Under the pieces are notes generated by a model. That model was not told the DNA's origin. It did not search any database and saw only the letters and a program-made list of their open reading frames with translations. Of a stretch of DNA of 64,000 nt, positions 36,401 through 48,300 are shown in pieces. The translations under genes were made by a program, and so were the position numbers. The number at the start of each line of letters is the position of its first letter. Within the stretch, counting starts at the first letter, position 1. The stretch comes from Macrostomum lignano (lineage: Eukaryota), in assembly GCA_002269645.1 (NCBI GenBank), contig NIVC01001186.1, forward strand, positions 247,293 to 311,292. The letters are read 5' to 3'.

Positions 36401-36888
36401 CGGGATAGGTGTCCATAGGGTGAGTATCCATAATTGGGGTAAGTGTCCATTAATCGGTCCGTCATTCTATGAACACCTTCTCAAGTACATAGAAATACAT
36501 ACAAATTGTACAACCCTGAAGCCTAAGATGAATTGTTATTATGGATAAACAGTAAAAAGATTTTTAATTATTGCAACTTTCAGAAGATCCTGTTGGCTGC
36601 TATTTTGCCAGTGATTCATCAACGCTGGGAGGACCCAAACTGTCCAGCTCGGACATGACTCAGTCAGTTTGCGCCAGTGAGTGTGCCAAGTACCTGACCA
36701 AATATTTCGGCTTGATGACAAAGGACTCACAAGGGAGCTGCCATTGCGGCAACGAAATTCCATCTGGGGAGCAAAACCAATACGACATGAGCTTCTGCCA
36801 GTACAAGTGCCCCGGGGTGAGATTCCACATGGAAGTGTGCGGGAGCGACATGTTTATGCTGGTGTTCAAACTGAATATACAGTCCTGA
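27476..36888 (+). CDS. Secreted micro-exon gene: signal peptide, acidic micro-exons, 11x VPPPPPTEKPT, Thr-rich linker, two WSC domains
   Basis: Exons 27476-27533 (MAVQKLTVFLILAAITLGF), 28518-28550, 29346-29390, 30228-30254, 11 x 33 nt from 31652 to 32714, 33389-33433, 33530-33538, 33590 (or 33661)-33960 and 36584-36888; all junctions are GT-AG phase 1. WSC signatures: FVGCY...MTVVDCYFFC...YFGIFDATKCYCG...CRLTCPGNPLEICGG and PVGCY...MTQSVCASEC...YFGL...CHCG...CQYKCPG...VCG. A frame break lies near 33645. Confidence 0.8.
28678..29288. mobile_element. hAT-like MITE in intron 2 of the micro-exon gene, with internal ~21-bp tandem repeats
   Basis: 14-bp TIR caggggcgtcgcca / tggcgacgcccctg; flanks cccacatt / tctacatt (6/8 identical). 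Confidence 0.75.
29814..30122. mobile_element. Two divergently oriented tRNA-derived SINE-like copies
   Basis: The plus copy has aaggtcaggggttcgattccc (B-box-like); the minus copy has aaaggtcgggggctcgattctc. Both end in a shared tail, tgagctgtc(g/a)gttgcacatc. Confidence 0.6.
30710..31455. repeat. 19-20-bp minisatellite (aaacaccccggctagcaatt)
   Basis: Tandem units read directly. Confidence 0.92.
31652..32750 (+). repeat. 103-bp tandem array, 11 units, each containing acceptor + 33-nt exon + donor
   Basis: Exon starts at 31652, 31755, 31858, 31961, 32064, 32167, 32270, 32373, 32476, 32579 and 32682. The unit is tttcag|TCCCACCGCCGCCACCAACTGAGAAGCCGACAG|gtgagt with 70-nt introns. Confidence 0.92.
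32770..33335. repeat. 16-bp minisatellite (gtggagtttggaaagt)
   Basis: Tandem units read directly. Confidence 0.92.
33961..36450. repeat. 34-bp minisatellite (gggtgagtatccataattggggtaagtgtccata; a dimer of 17-mers) with a 743-bp higher-order duplication
   Basis: The identical 248-aa pseudo-ORFs at 34509 and 35252 are offset by 743 bp. Confidence 0.93.
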
Positions 36889-37369
36889 AACTCAGTTCAG
36901 GCCGGAGTGAACTAGTGCGAGTTTAAACAGAAACTCGAATCTCGAATAAATAAAAGAAGTAAATCGCAAAAAGTTGAAATTCTTTGTTTATTTCTTTTTA
37001 TTGCATTTTAATTTTCATTATATCCCTCGTTCTGCTGATCCCAAATGACATCAACTCTCTTGAATGCTGCAAAATGACTTCGGTAAATGACTGGTGTATA
37101 TCACACTCCTCTAAGCCACACCTGAATGCACATCCATGACTTTTAGCCCAGCAATTGGGAGGGAACAAAAAGCAATGAAGGCGGAAGCCTAGTTTGAAAT
37201 ATTCTGTTGCTTTAAAAGTTATTTGCTTCTCCAAGTTTCTGCAAGTTAAACGGGGGTGGGAAGCCGGGAGCTACCCGCGGATCAGCCCTGGGAGGGGCTC
37301 TGCCGCTGAGGGGCACTAACAGCGGCATATAGCCCGAGATTGGACCCTGACGTCTGGGCCAGGGGAATC

Positions 37370-38820
37370 TGCCAACCCAAGCCTATGGACTAAGACACCG
37401 CCAACCCAAACCTATGGACTAAGACACCGCCAACCCAAACCTATGGACTAAGACACCGCCAACCCAAGCCTATGGACTAAGACACCGCCAACCCAAACCT
37501 ATGGACTAAGACACCGCCAACCCAAGCCTATGACTAAGACACCGCCAACTCAAACCTATGAACTAAGACACCGCCAACCCAAACCTATGACTAAGACACC
37601 GCCAACCCAAACCTATGGACTAAGACACCGCCAACCCAAGCCTATGACTAAGACACCGCCAACTCAAACCTATGAACTAAGACACCGCCAACCCAAACCT
37701 ATGAACTAAGACACCGCCAACCCAAGCCTATGAACTAAGACACCGCCCGCCAACCCAAGCCTATGAACTAAGACACCGCCAACCCTGTAGAAAAATAACT
37801 GAAGAAATAACACTGGCCAGTGAATACGTTGACAATAACAACTTGAAAACCAAAGTTAGGATGAAAAGGCTCCTCCAGCAGTATATTTATTTGCGTGGTT
37901 GAGAGAGGGGGGTAGAGAATAGATAAGAAGAAAATGGGTAAGAAGGGCGAGGGCTAAAATGCTCTAACGAGACCGAGGGGGGGGGGGCTGACTGAAAACT
38001 CACCGATCGATAATCGGAAAACAAGATAAGAATGTACAGTACGTAGAGCGCGGTAGATAGAAGATGGACTAGGCACACAGGGAATGGAAGAAAATGAAAA
38101 GGGAGCAAGTGAATTCTATTAGCGCAAGCTGAAATTTCGCGACAAACCCAAACCTATGGACTAAGACACCGCCAACCCAAGCCTATGACTAAGACACCGC
38201 CAACTCAAACCTATGAACTAAGACACCGCCAACCCAAACCTATGACTAAGACACCGCCAACCCAAACCTATGGACTAAGACACCGCCAACCCAAGCCTAT
38301 GGACTAAGACACCGCCAACCCAAGCCTATGGACTAAGACACCGCCAACCCAAGCCTATGACTAAGACACCGCCAACTCAAACCTATGAACTAAGACACCG
38401 CCAACTCAAACCTATGAACTAAGACACCGCCAACCCAAACCTATGAACTAAGACACCGCCAACCCAAGCCTATGAACTAAGACACCGCCCGCCAACCCAA
38501 GCCTATGAACTAAGACACCGCCAACCCAAACCTATGGACTAAGACACCGCCAACCCAAGCCTATGGACTAAGACACCGCCAACCCAAACCTATGGACTAA
38601 GACACCGCCAACCCAAGCCTATGGACTAAGACACCGCCAACCCAAGCCTATGGACTAAGACACCGCCAACCCAAGCCTATGGACTAAGACACCGCCAACC
38701 CAAGCCTATGGACTAAGACACCGCCAACCCAAGCCTATGGACTAAGACACCGCCAACCCAAGCCTATGGACTACGACACCGCCAACCCAAGCCACCGCCA
38801 ACTAAGACACCGCCAACCCA
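37370..38820. repeat. 29-30-bp minisatellite (ccaacccaagcctatggactaagacaccg) interrupted by a ~350-bp unrelated insert (37790-38145)
   Basis: Tandem units on both sides of the insert. Confidence 0.9.
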
Positions 38821-39359
38821 AAAGTGGAACCAGAGACGGTGCTAAGACCGAGTCCACCCAAGCCACCACCCGGCAGACAAGTCCCAGGAGTGCGCGAAAA
38901 AAGATTGGAAAAATCTTGAAATACTACTGAAAAGCGGTCCGAGAGCGGGGAGACGCCAAAGTCTCGGAAATGGCTGTATTTTGGAGCGAGTCTGGAAGGC
39001 TTGTTTCCGAGGGCGAGACTCCTATCAGGCCACCAGAAAACCTATTGGGCTGCAAGCCACAAGGGTGTCACCTATCCAGCTCTATATTGGAGGCCAGGCC
39101 AAGGGGTCGGGAAGGAGCAACTTCAGAATTGCAGTTCAATTGTGGGAATTCGATGAAAACTTTGAAATTTGAGCAGAAAAAAGTGACCATTAAATTTGGT
39201 TGGCAGTCACGGTAATTTATATTGTTTTTTAATAAAACACAAATTAATCGCTCTCTCACAATAAAATATATAATTAGGACAACAGATATATTGCACCTAC
39301 CAGCATAGAATGTTGAATTCAATCAAATTTGAATAATAATATAATAATTGTCAAAACTT

Positions 39360-42300
39360 TCAGCGCCGTTTAATAGCAACGTAAATATTCCAAAGAAGAG
39401 ACAGGCCGCACATGAACAGCACTCGGTACTGAAATTATTAATACAAATTATTTATAATATATATTCATAAAGACTCATGCATACACAATGTTCAAAAACA
39501 AAGACTCACCTTTTGCGGTACATAGTTGATATTAATAAACTGGAACAGGGACCAGATCTTCACGTTCATTTTCAGCACGTCTAAGAAGCTGTCCTTGACT
39601 TTGGCGTGCGCGAACGCCAAGGATCGGCCCTGCGAGATTAAAGATTTTGTCCGAATTAAATACTCTATTATCACTTTTCTACTTAGCATTAGTAGCCATT
39701 CGTGTCCCAATCTACATCTACTCAATTCCTATCTACCCAATCCCTATCTACCCAATCCCTATCTACCCAATCCCTATCTACCCAATTCCTATCTACCCAA
39801 TTCCTATCTACCCAATCCCTATTTACCCAATCCCTATCTACCCAATCCCTATCTACCCAATCCCTATCTACCCAATCCCTATCTACCCAATCCCTATCTA
39901 CCCAATCTCCATCTACCTAATCCCTATCTACCCAATCCCTATCTACCCAATCCCTATCTACCCTATCCCTATCTACCTAATCCCTATTTACCCAATCCCT
40001 ATCTACCCAATCCCTATCTACCCAATCCCTATCTACCCAATCCCTATCTACCCAATCCCTATCTGCCTAATCCCTATCTACCCAATTCCTATCTACCCAA
40101 TTCCTATCTACCCAATCCTTATCTACCCAATCCCTATCTACCTAATCCCTATCTACCCAATCCCTATCTACACAATCCCTATCTACCTAATCCCTATCTA
40201 CGAGTACCTAATCCCTTATCTACCTAATATCCATCTACCCAATCCCTATCTACCCAATCCCTATCTACCCTATCCCTATCTACCTAATCCCTATCTACCC
40301 AATTCCTATCTACCCAATCCCTATCTACACAATCCCTATCTACCTAATCCCTATCTACCCAATCCCTATCTACCCAATCCCTATCTACCCAATCCCTATC
40401 TACCCAATCCCTATCTACCCAATCACTATCTACCCAATCCCTATCTACCCAATCCCTATCTACCCAATCCCTATCTACCCAATCTCCATCTACCTAATCC
40501 CTATCTACCCAATCCCTATCTACCGAATCCCTATCTACCCTATCCCTATCTACCCAATCCCTATCTACCCAATCCCTATCTACCCGATCCCTATCTACCC
40601 AATCCCTATCTACCCAATCCCTATCTACCTAATCCCTATCTACCCAATTCCTATCTACCCAATCCCTATCTACCCAATCCCTATCTACCCAATCCTTATC
40701 TACCCTATCCCTATCTACCCAATCCCTATCTACCCAATCCCTATCTACCCAATCCCTATGTACCCAATCTCCATCTACCTAATCCCTATCTACCCAATCC
40801 ATATCTACCCAATCCCTATCTACCCAATCCCTATCTACCCAATCCCTATCTACCCAATCCCTATCTACCCAATCCCTATCTACCCAATCCCTATCTACCC
40901 AATCCCTATCTACCCTATCCCTATCTACCTAATCCCTATCTACCCAATCCCTATCTACCCAATCCCTTTCTACCCAATCCCTATCTACACAATCCCTATC
41001 TACCTAATCCTTATCTACCTAATCCCTTATCTACCTAATATCTATCTATCCAATCCTATCTACCCAATCCCTATGTACCCAATCTCCATCTACCTAATCC
41101 CTATCTACCCAATCCATATCTACCCAATCCCTATCTACCCTATCCCTATCTACCTAATCCCTATCTACCCAATCCTTATCTACCCAATCCTTATATACCC
41201 AATCCCTATCTACCCTATCCCTATCCATCTAATCCCTATCTACCCAATCCCTTATCTACCCAATCTCCATCTACCCAATCTCCATCTACTCTATCCCTTA
41301 TCTACCCAATCTCCATCTACTCTATCCCTTATCTACCCAATCTCCATCTACTCTATCCCTTATCTACCCCATCTCCATCTACCAAATTTCCATCTACCCA
41401 TTCTCTATCTAGTCTATCCTTATCTACCAATCTCCATCTACCCAATCCCTACGTACCCAATCTCCATCTACCCTATCTATCTACCATATCCAACTAATCT
41501 TCATCTACCTCTCAGTCTCACCTCGAACAGCGGCACTGAATAGTAGAGCAACAGCAGGTAAGGCGGTGCCAACAGCAGCCTGTCAATCAGAGTGCGTTTC
41601 AACGCTACAAACTGTTGGTCAGAGTCCTTGGGCAGAGCCCTGTCCAACTGGCGATAGAAAGCGTGAATCAACGGGCCAGAAATAAAGAAGCCAAAGGCTG
41701 AATAAGCGAAGGTGCTTCTCAGGCTAAACTGGCCGCCAGTGCCGGGTTTGGGCGCGATCAGCTGTGACAGAATGTCGCCTAGGCCGAAAATTGTGCCGCT
41801 AAGATGACGGATGGTTGTTGAGGGGTGAAGCTTGAATATTAATCATTGGATTTGTGACCCGCAACCATTCGGCTCACTGCTAGCTTATATTATCTCACAC
41901 TCTTTGGTTCAAAGGTGTCACCTGACCCCTCTCGATTCATATCCTTCACAGAAGGGGTCACCTGACCCCTCCCGTTTCATATACTTCACTGACAGGGGTC
42001 ACCTGACCCTCCCGATTCATATTCTTCACTGACAGGGGTCACCTGACCCCTCCCGATTCATATACTTCAGACAGGGGTCATATGACCCTCCCAAATCATA
42101 TACTTTAGACAGGGGTCATATGACCCTCCCAAATCATATACTTCACTGACAGGGGTCATATGACCCTCCCGATTCATATACTTCACTGACAGGGGTCATT
42201 GACCCTCCCGATTCATATACTTCACTGACAGGGGTCACCTGACCCCTCCCGATTCATATACTTCACTGACAGGGGTCTCCTGACCCCTCCCGATTCATAT

Positions 42301-43309
42301 ACTTCACTAACAGGGGTCACCTGATCCCTCCCGATTCATATACTTCACTGACAGGGGTCATTGACCCTCCCGATTCATATACTTCACTGACAGGGGTCAC
42401 CTGACCCCTCCCGATTCATATAATTCAGACAGGGATCATCTGACTCCCCCCGATTCATATACTTCACTAACAGGGGTCACCTGACCCTTCCCGATTCATA
42501 TACTTCACTGACAGGGGTCATTGACCCTCCCGATTCATATACTTCACTGACAGGGGTCACCTGACCCCTCCCGATTCATATACTTCAGACAGGGATCACC
42601 TGACCCCTCCCGATTCATATCCTTTACTGACACGGGTCACCTGACCCCTCCCGATTCATATCCTTTACTGACACGGGTCACCTGATCCCTCCCGATTCAA
42701 ATCCTTTACTGACACGGGTCACCTGATCCCTCCCGATTCATATCCTTTACTGACACGGGTCACCTGACCCCCCCCCCGATTCATATCCTTTACTGACACG
42801 GGTCACCTGATCCCTCCCGATTCAAATCCTTTACTGACACGGGTCACCTGATCCCTCCCGATTCATATCCTTTACTGACACGGGTCACCTGACGATTCAA
42901 ATCCATCATCACTGATTCTATTTTCTTACGCTAAGATCATTAATTCACACTGGCAAGGGGCCGGTTACTTGCCCTCTCAACTGATCATGGCATAACTATA
43001 GTCACAGTGTCATTCCTTAGATTTATGATATCTTGACCCTTGTACATTTACATTTACATAAAGGGGCTCATCTAACTGCTATGATATATACATATAATCC
43101 TATATTTATATAGAAAAGTCTAATAACATAAGATCCAAAAAATAATCCAACCTTGTCGCAGCTTTTGTAAGCAAAGGTCGTTCGTTGAGCAGTCGGTCGT
43201 ACTTTTTAATTAGACTCATAATAGTAGCCATCAAGGACTCATCAGCTTTACCGCCATCGCTTCCGCCTTTCTTGCCCGGGGCTGGGCTATGCGAAGATTT
43301 GGTGGACAT
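39360..43309 (-). CDS. PXMP2: Peroxisomal membrane protein 2 (Mpv17/PMP22 family), 207 aa; exons 43309-43152, 41798-41522, 39629-39510, 39428-39360
   Basis: The spliced sequence YDRLLNERPLLTKAATSGTIFGLGDILSQ...GFFISGPLIHAFY...LIDRLLLAPPYL...MNVKIWSLFQFININYVPQKYRVLF matches recalled PXMP2 motifs (KAATSG, GPLSHFFY, LLLDRL, FININYVP). Splice phases are consistent. Confidence 0.9.
39715..41500. repeat. 15-bp minisatellite (ccctatctacccaat) in PXMP2 intron 2
   Basis: About 1.8 kb of tandem units; the source of the spurious PYLPN/IYP ORFs. Confidence 0.95.
41915..42895. repeat. ~41-bp minisatellite with the internal palindrome ggggtca-cc-tgacccc, in PXMP2 intron 1
   Basis: Unit gacaggggtcacctgacccctcccgattcatatacttcact. 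Confidence 0.92.
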
Positions 43310-43389
43310 AGCAACTGTGTTCAAGAGACTCGGTGAGGACAGCTCATTAACGTACATTGGTGGTGAGGGCGGGTGGAGAGCGAGGTAAT

Positions 43390-44245
43390 GAGAGTGTACA
43401 TTGGGGATGAGGGTCGGGGAGAGCCAGTGTACATTGGGGATGAGGGTCGGGGAGAGCCAGTGTACTTTGGGGATGAGGGTCAGGCGAAAGCCAGTGTACA
43501 TTAAGGATGAGGGTCAGGCGAAAGCCAGTGTACATTAAGGATGAGGGTCAGGCGAAAGCCAGTGTACATTAAGGATGAGGGTCAGGCGAAAGCCAGTGTA
43601 CATTGGGGATGAGGGTCAGGGGAGAGCCAGTGTACATTGGGGATGAGGGTCGGGGAGAGCCAGTGTACATTGGGGATGAGGGTCGGGGAGAGCCAGTGTA
43701 CATTGGGGATGAGGGTCGGGGAGAGCCAGTGTACATTGGGGATGAGGGTCAGGGGAGAGCCAGTGTACATTGGGGATGAGGGTCGGGGAGAGCCAGTGTA
43801 CATTGGGGATGAGGATCGGGGAGAGCCAGTGTACATTGGGGATGATGGTCAGGGGAAAGCCAGTGTACATTGGGGATGATGGTCAGCGGAAAGCCAGTGT
43901 ACATTGGGGATGATGGTCAGCGGAAAGCCAGTGTACATTGGGGATGATGGTCAGCGGAAAGCCAGTGTATATTGGGGATGATGGTCAGCGGAAAGCCAGT
44001 GTACATTGGGGATGATGGTCAGGGGAAAGCCAGTGTACATTGGGGATGATGGTCAGCGGAAAGCCAGTGTACATTGGGGATGATGGTCAGCGGAAAGCCA
44101 GTGTACATTGGGGATGATGGTCAGCGGAAAGCCAGTGTATATTGGGGATGATGGTCAGCGGAAAGCCAGTGTATATTGGGGATGATGGTCAGCGGAAAGC
44201 CAGTGTACATTGGGGATGATGGTCAGCGGAAAGCCAGTGTACACC
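43390..44245. repeat. 33-bp minisatellite (ggggagagccagtgtacattggggatgagggtc) just upstream of PXMP2
   Basis: Tandem units read directly. Confidence 0.92.
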
Positions 44246-44639
44246 AGGACAAGACGAACAATTAAAAAGACGGAAATGTATCAATTCTGTAACAACGTTA
44301 AGGATTAATAATTTTTTTATTTAGAATGCATAAATAAAAAATGCAAAAACGATGGGGACATATTCTCGTATATTAAATGAAAATCCATTTTATCGATGTT
44401 TTTTAAATAACAGTTCAGATAGAATCGCCGTCAGAAGAGCTGTCAGTCACTACAGTGCAAACAAATAAGCAGGTGTTACTCGTTTTACTTAAGAGAGTTG
44501 GGGACTAACAAAAAAGAAGTGGATAACAATTTGAAAGTATTTTATGTCTATTTGTACCAAGGCTAATCTAGAGACTGACAACTAATATAAGCAGAATTTT
44601 ATCCCGTTTAAATAAACTTTATTCAAAACCTATTGTTCA

Positions 44640-45330
44640 TCAATCAAGCCATCAAGCACCTGTCAAGCAAGCCATCAATCACCTATCAATCAAGCCATCA
44701 ATCACCTATCAATCAAGCCATTAATCACCTATCAATCAAGCCATCAATCACCTATCAATCAAGCCATTAATCACCTATCAATCAAGCCATCAATCACCTA
44801 TCAATCAAGCCATTAATCACCTATCAATCAAGCCATCAATCACCTATCAATCAAGCCATTAATCACCTATCAATCAAGCCATCAACCATCTATCAAACAA
44901 TACCCATTAATCACCAATCAATCAAGCATCAATCACCTATCAATCAAGCCATCAACCGCCTATCAATCAAGCCATCAACCATCTATCAAACAATACCCAT
45001 TAATCACCAATCAATCAAGCATCAATCACCTATCAATCAAGCCATCAACCATCTATCAAACAATACCCATTAATCACCTATCAATCAAGCATCAATCACC
45101 TATCAATCAAGCCATCAACCGCCTATCAATCAAGCCATCAACCATCTATCAAACAATACCCATTAATCACCAATCAATCAAGCATCAATCACCTATCAAA
45201 CAGGCCATCAATCACCTATCAATCGAGCCATCAACCACCTATCAATCAAGCAATAATCACCTATCAAACAAACCATCAACCACCTGTCAATCAAGCCATC
45301 AATCACCTATCAATCAAGCTATTCATCACC
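44640..45330. repeat. ~23-bp minisatellite (caatcaagccatcaatcacctat) immediately 3' of the DHX36 stop
   Basis: Tandem units read directly. Confidence 0.9.
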
Positions 45331-45344
45331 TATCTAGCTAGCGG

Positions 45345-48300
45345 TCACTCGTCACCAGCCAGAAGATCGGCGATGGCATTCAGAATTTGAGCATCGAAAG
45401 CCGTTTGAGAGTCGTTGGCAGCCTCGGCCGACCAGATTTTCAGACAGCGGCCGGGCCTGTGGATCAGATCGGCCAACAGCAGGTCGAGACGGTGGCGGAG
45501 AACCTGAAATGATGTCGGGGGGTGGAATGTGAAGCTTTGATGAGGGGTGGGGGGATAAAACTTTTGTATTTTGCATGCATTATCGAGAACGAGAATAGAT
45601 TTTTAAATCAGCGATGGGATCGAATTATTGTTTTAATGTCCTGATATCTTAATCTAAGTGTCCCTGGTGTCCGTGTGTTCCCAGGGTTTTGGTGTCATAG
45701 TGTCTTAATATTCTAGTATTTTAGTGTCCTCGTGTCTTTATGTCCTAGTGTCTCGATGTCTTAGTGTCCCATTGTCCTAGTGTCTTCATGTTTTAGAGTC
45801 TCAATGGCCTACAGTTACAATGTCTTGGTGTCTCGATGTCCTAGTGTCTCAAAGTCCTAATGTCTAAATTTCTTGGTGTTTTAATGTCCTAGTATTTTAG
45901 TGTCTCCGGAGTCTCAATGTCCTAGTGTCTCGATGTCTTAGTGTCTTTATGTCCTAGTGTCCTTATGTCATGGTGTCTTAATGGCCTAGTATTTTAATGC
46001 TCTAGTGTCAACGGCTTACTGTCACAATGTCTTGGTGTCACAATGTCCTAGTGTCTCAATGTCCTAGTGTCTCAATGTCCTGGTGTCTCAATGTCCTAGT
46101 GTCTCAATGTCCTGGTGTCTCAATGTCCTAGTGTCTCAATGTCCTAGTGTCTCAATGTCCTGGTGTCTCAATGTCCTGGTGTCTCAATGTCCTAGTGTCT
46201 CAATGTCCTGGTGTCTCAATGTCCTGGTGTCTCAATGTCCTAGTGTCTCAATGTCCTAGTGTCTTAATGTCCTAGTGTCTCAATGTCCTGGTGTCTCAAT
46301 GTCCTAGTGTCTCAATGTCCTGGTGTCTCAATGTCCTGGTGTCTCAATGTCCTAGTGTCTCAATGTCCTGGTGTCTCAATGTCCTGGTGTCTCAATGTCC
46401 TGGTGTCACAATGTCCTGGTGTCTCAATGACCTGGTGTCTCAATGTCCTAGTGTCTCAATGTCCTGGTGTCTCAATGTCCTGGTGTCTCAATGTCCTGGT
46501 GTCTCAATGTCCTGGTGTCTCAATGCATAAATGCATAAATTATAGTATTCTAGTGTCCGAGTGTCTCAGTGGTCTCAATGACTGTCTGTCTGCCCGCCAG
46601 CCCGCAGCACGCACCAGCACTGTGGAGAAGGCGGCGGGTGTGGCAGCCAGCCGGATCCAGTCGTCCAGCACGGCCAGTTGAACGCCGCATTCGTGCGAGT
46701 GCCGAGCCTGGGCGCAGCAGAACAGCAGGTGGATCGGCCGGGTCAGGGAGGCGTCAAACAGCGACACTGTGCGCCTGTCGTTCAGCAGGCATTTCTCAAA
46801 GTAGGCCAGCCAGGCCGGCTCTTCAAATCCGCAGGCGACGCTGCCTTGCGGCAGTTCGTAAGACGGCTCGCCGGGTCTGCCGACGGCTTTCTTCGATTTG
46901 AGGGATTTGCAGCGAACTATATTGGGATAGAGACCGGCGGTGACCACGGCGCGGATCAGTTCTAATCGGTGACTGTTGCGATTCAACAGCGGATGATCAG
47001 ATGTCAACTGAATAGAGGGAGTTGATCGGCTTCGGCGAAGTGTGAGTGGCTTTGCAGATTGGTCAGACCGATTTACAGATTGGTCAAACCGATTTACAGA
47101 TTGGTCTGAACGATTTACAGATTGGTCTGAACGATTTACAGATTGGTCTGAACGATTTACAGATTGGTCAAACCGATTTACAGATTGATCAAAACGATTT
47201 ACAGATTCGTCAGACCGATTTACAGATTGGTCAGACACGGAAGACTCTGATTGAGCTTCTTCGTCGTAGAACTGATCGCTCATGGACATGTACTGGGCTA
47301 GTTGGTCGGTCAGTTGCGCCTTCAATTCCTCGATCGTCTGCAGTACAGTTGGGGACAAATAATTTCGCCTAGCAAAATCGTAGGCGGCATTCAGCCCTCT
47401 GTTGCGCTTGGTCCGATACCAAGCTTTGTAGGCCAACCAGAGCAACAGGTGGTCGGACTCGCAGCCTTCGGCTAATTGCAATTTGCACTGTTTCACTTCT
47501 TGCTCGGCGCCTAGCGGTGTCTCGAATGGCGTGCGATGAGACAGAGAAGCGGCGATGGTCAGCACCGGGTCCAAGCAGGAGAAACAGACCGCCAGCAGCA
47601 CCATCTTGGCTAGCTGGCAGGGTAAAGGTAGGCGAGCAATGTGCCTTCCCATTGGCGTGAGCTCCTCGTCGGGTGTCAGGGCGCCGAGCTCCTGGAGCAG
47701 GTGTTGAGCCTGACGTACGTGCTCCTGAGGCGGCGGGTCCGGCATCTGCGCCAGGAACTCGGCGGCGGGTAGGTCCGGGTGGAGCAGCTTTACCTGGGCG
47801 ACGGGGATTTGAAGGCTACAAGGTTAAGACTAAGGTTAAGTACGTTTGAAGACTATCACGGACATCCCAGGTAGTCACAGACACCCCAGACTAATCACAA
47901 ACACCTTAAGCTAATCGCAGACACCCCAGGCTAATCACAGATATCCAGGCTAATCAGAGATATCCAGGCTAATCACAGACATCCAGAATAAGCACAGACA
48001 ACCCAGACTTATCACAGACACCCCAGACTAATCACAGACACCCCAGACTAATCACAGACACCCCAGACTAAGCACAGACAACCCAGACTAATCACAGACA
48101 CCCCAGACTAATAACAGACAACCCAGACTAATCACAGACACACCAGACTAATCACAGACACCCCAGACTAATCACAGACACCCCAGACTAAACACAGACA
48201 CCCCAGACTAAACACAGACACCCCAGACTAATCACAGACACCCCAGACTAAGCACAGACACCCCAGACTAATCACAGACACCCCAGACTAATCACAGACA

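Noticed and set aside
32735-36431. Many 100-250-aa ORFs (SLESVEFG, MDTHPMDTY repeats)
   Set aside because: They are stop-poor frames of intronic tandem repeats; the same applies to the ORFs at 39526-41543, 43347-43879, 46283-46530, 52701-53045, 53964-54964 (repeat parts), 55191-55759 and 58968-60310.
31652-42895. CRISPR-like appearance of the palindromic or regularly spaced repeats (103-bp and 41-bp arrays)
   Set aside because: There are no unique spacers and no cas genes, and the context is a eukaryotic intron.
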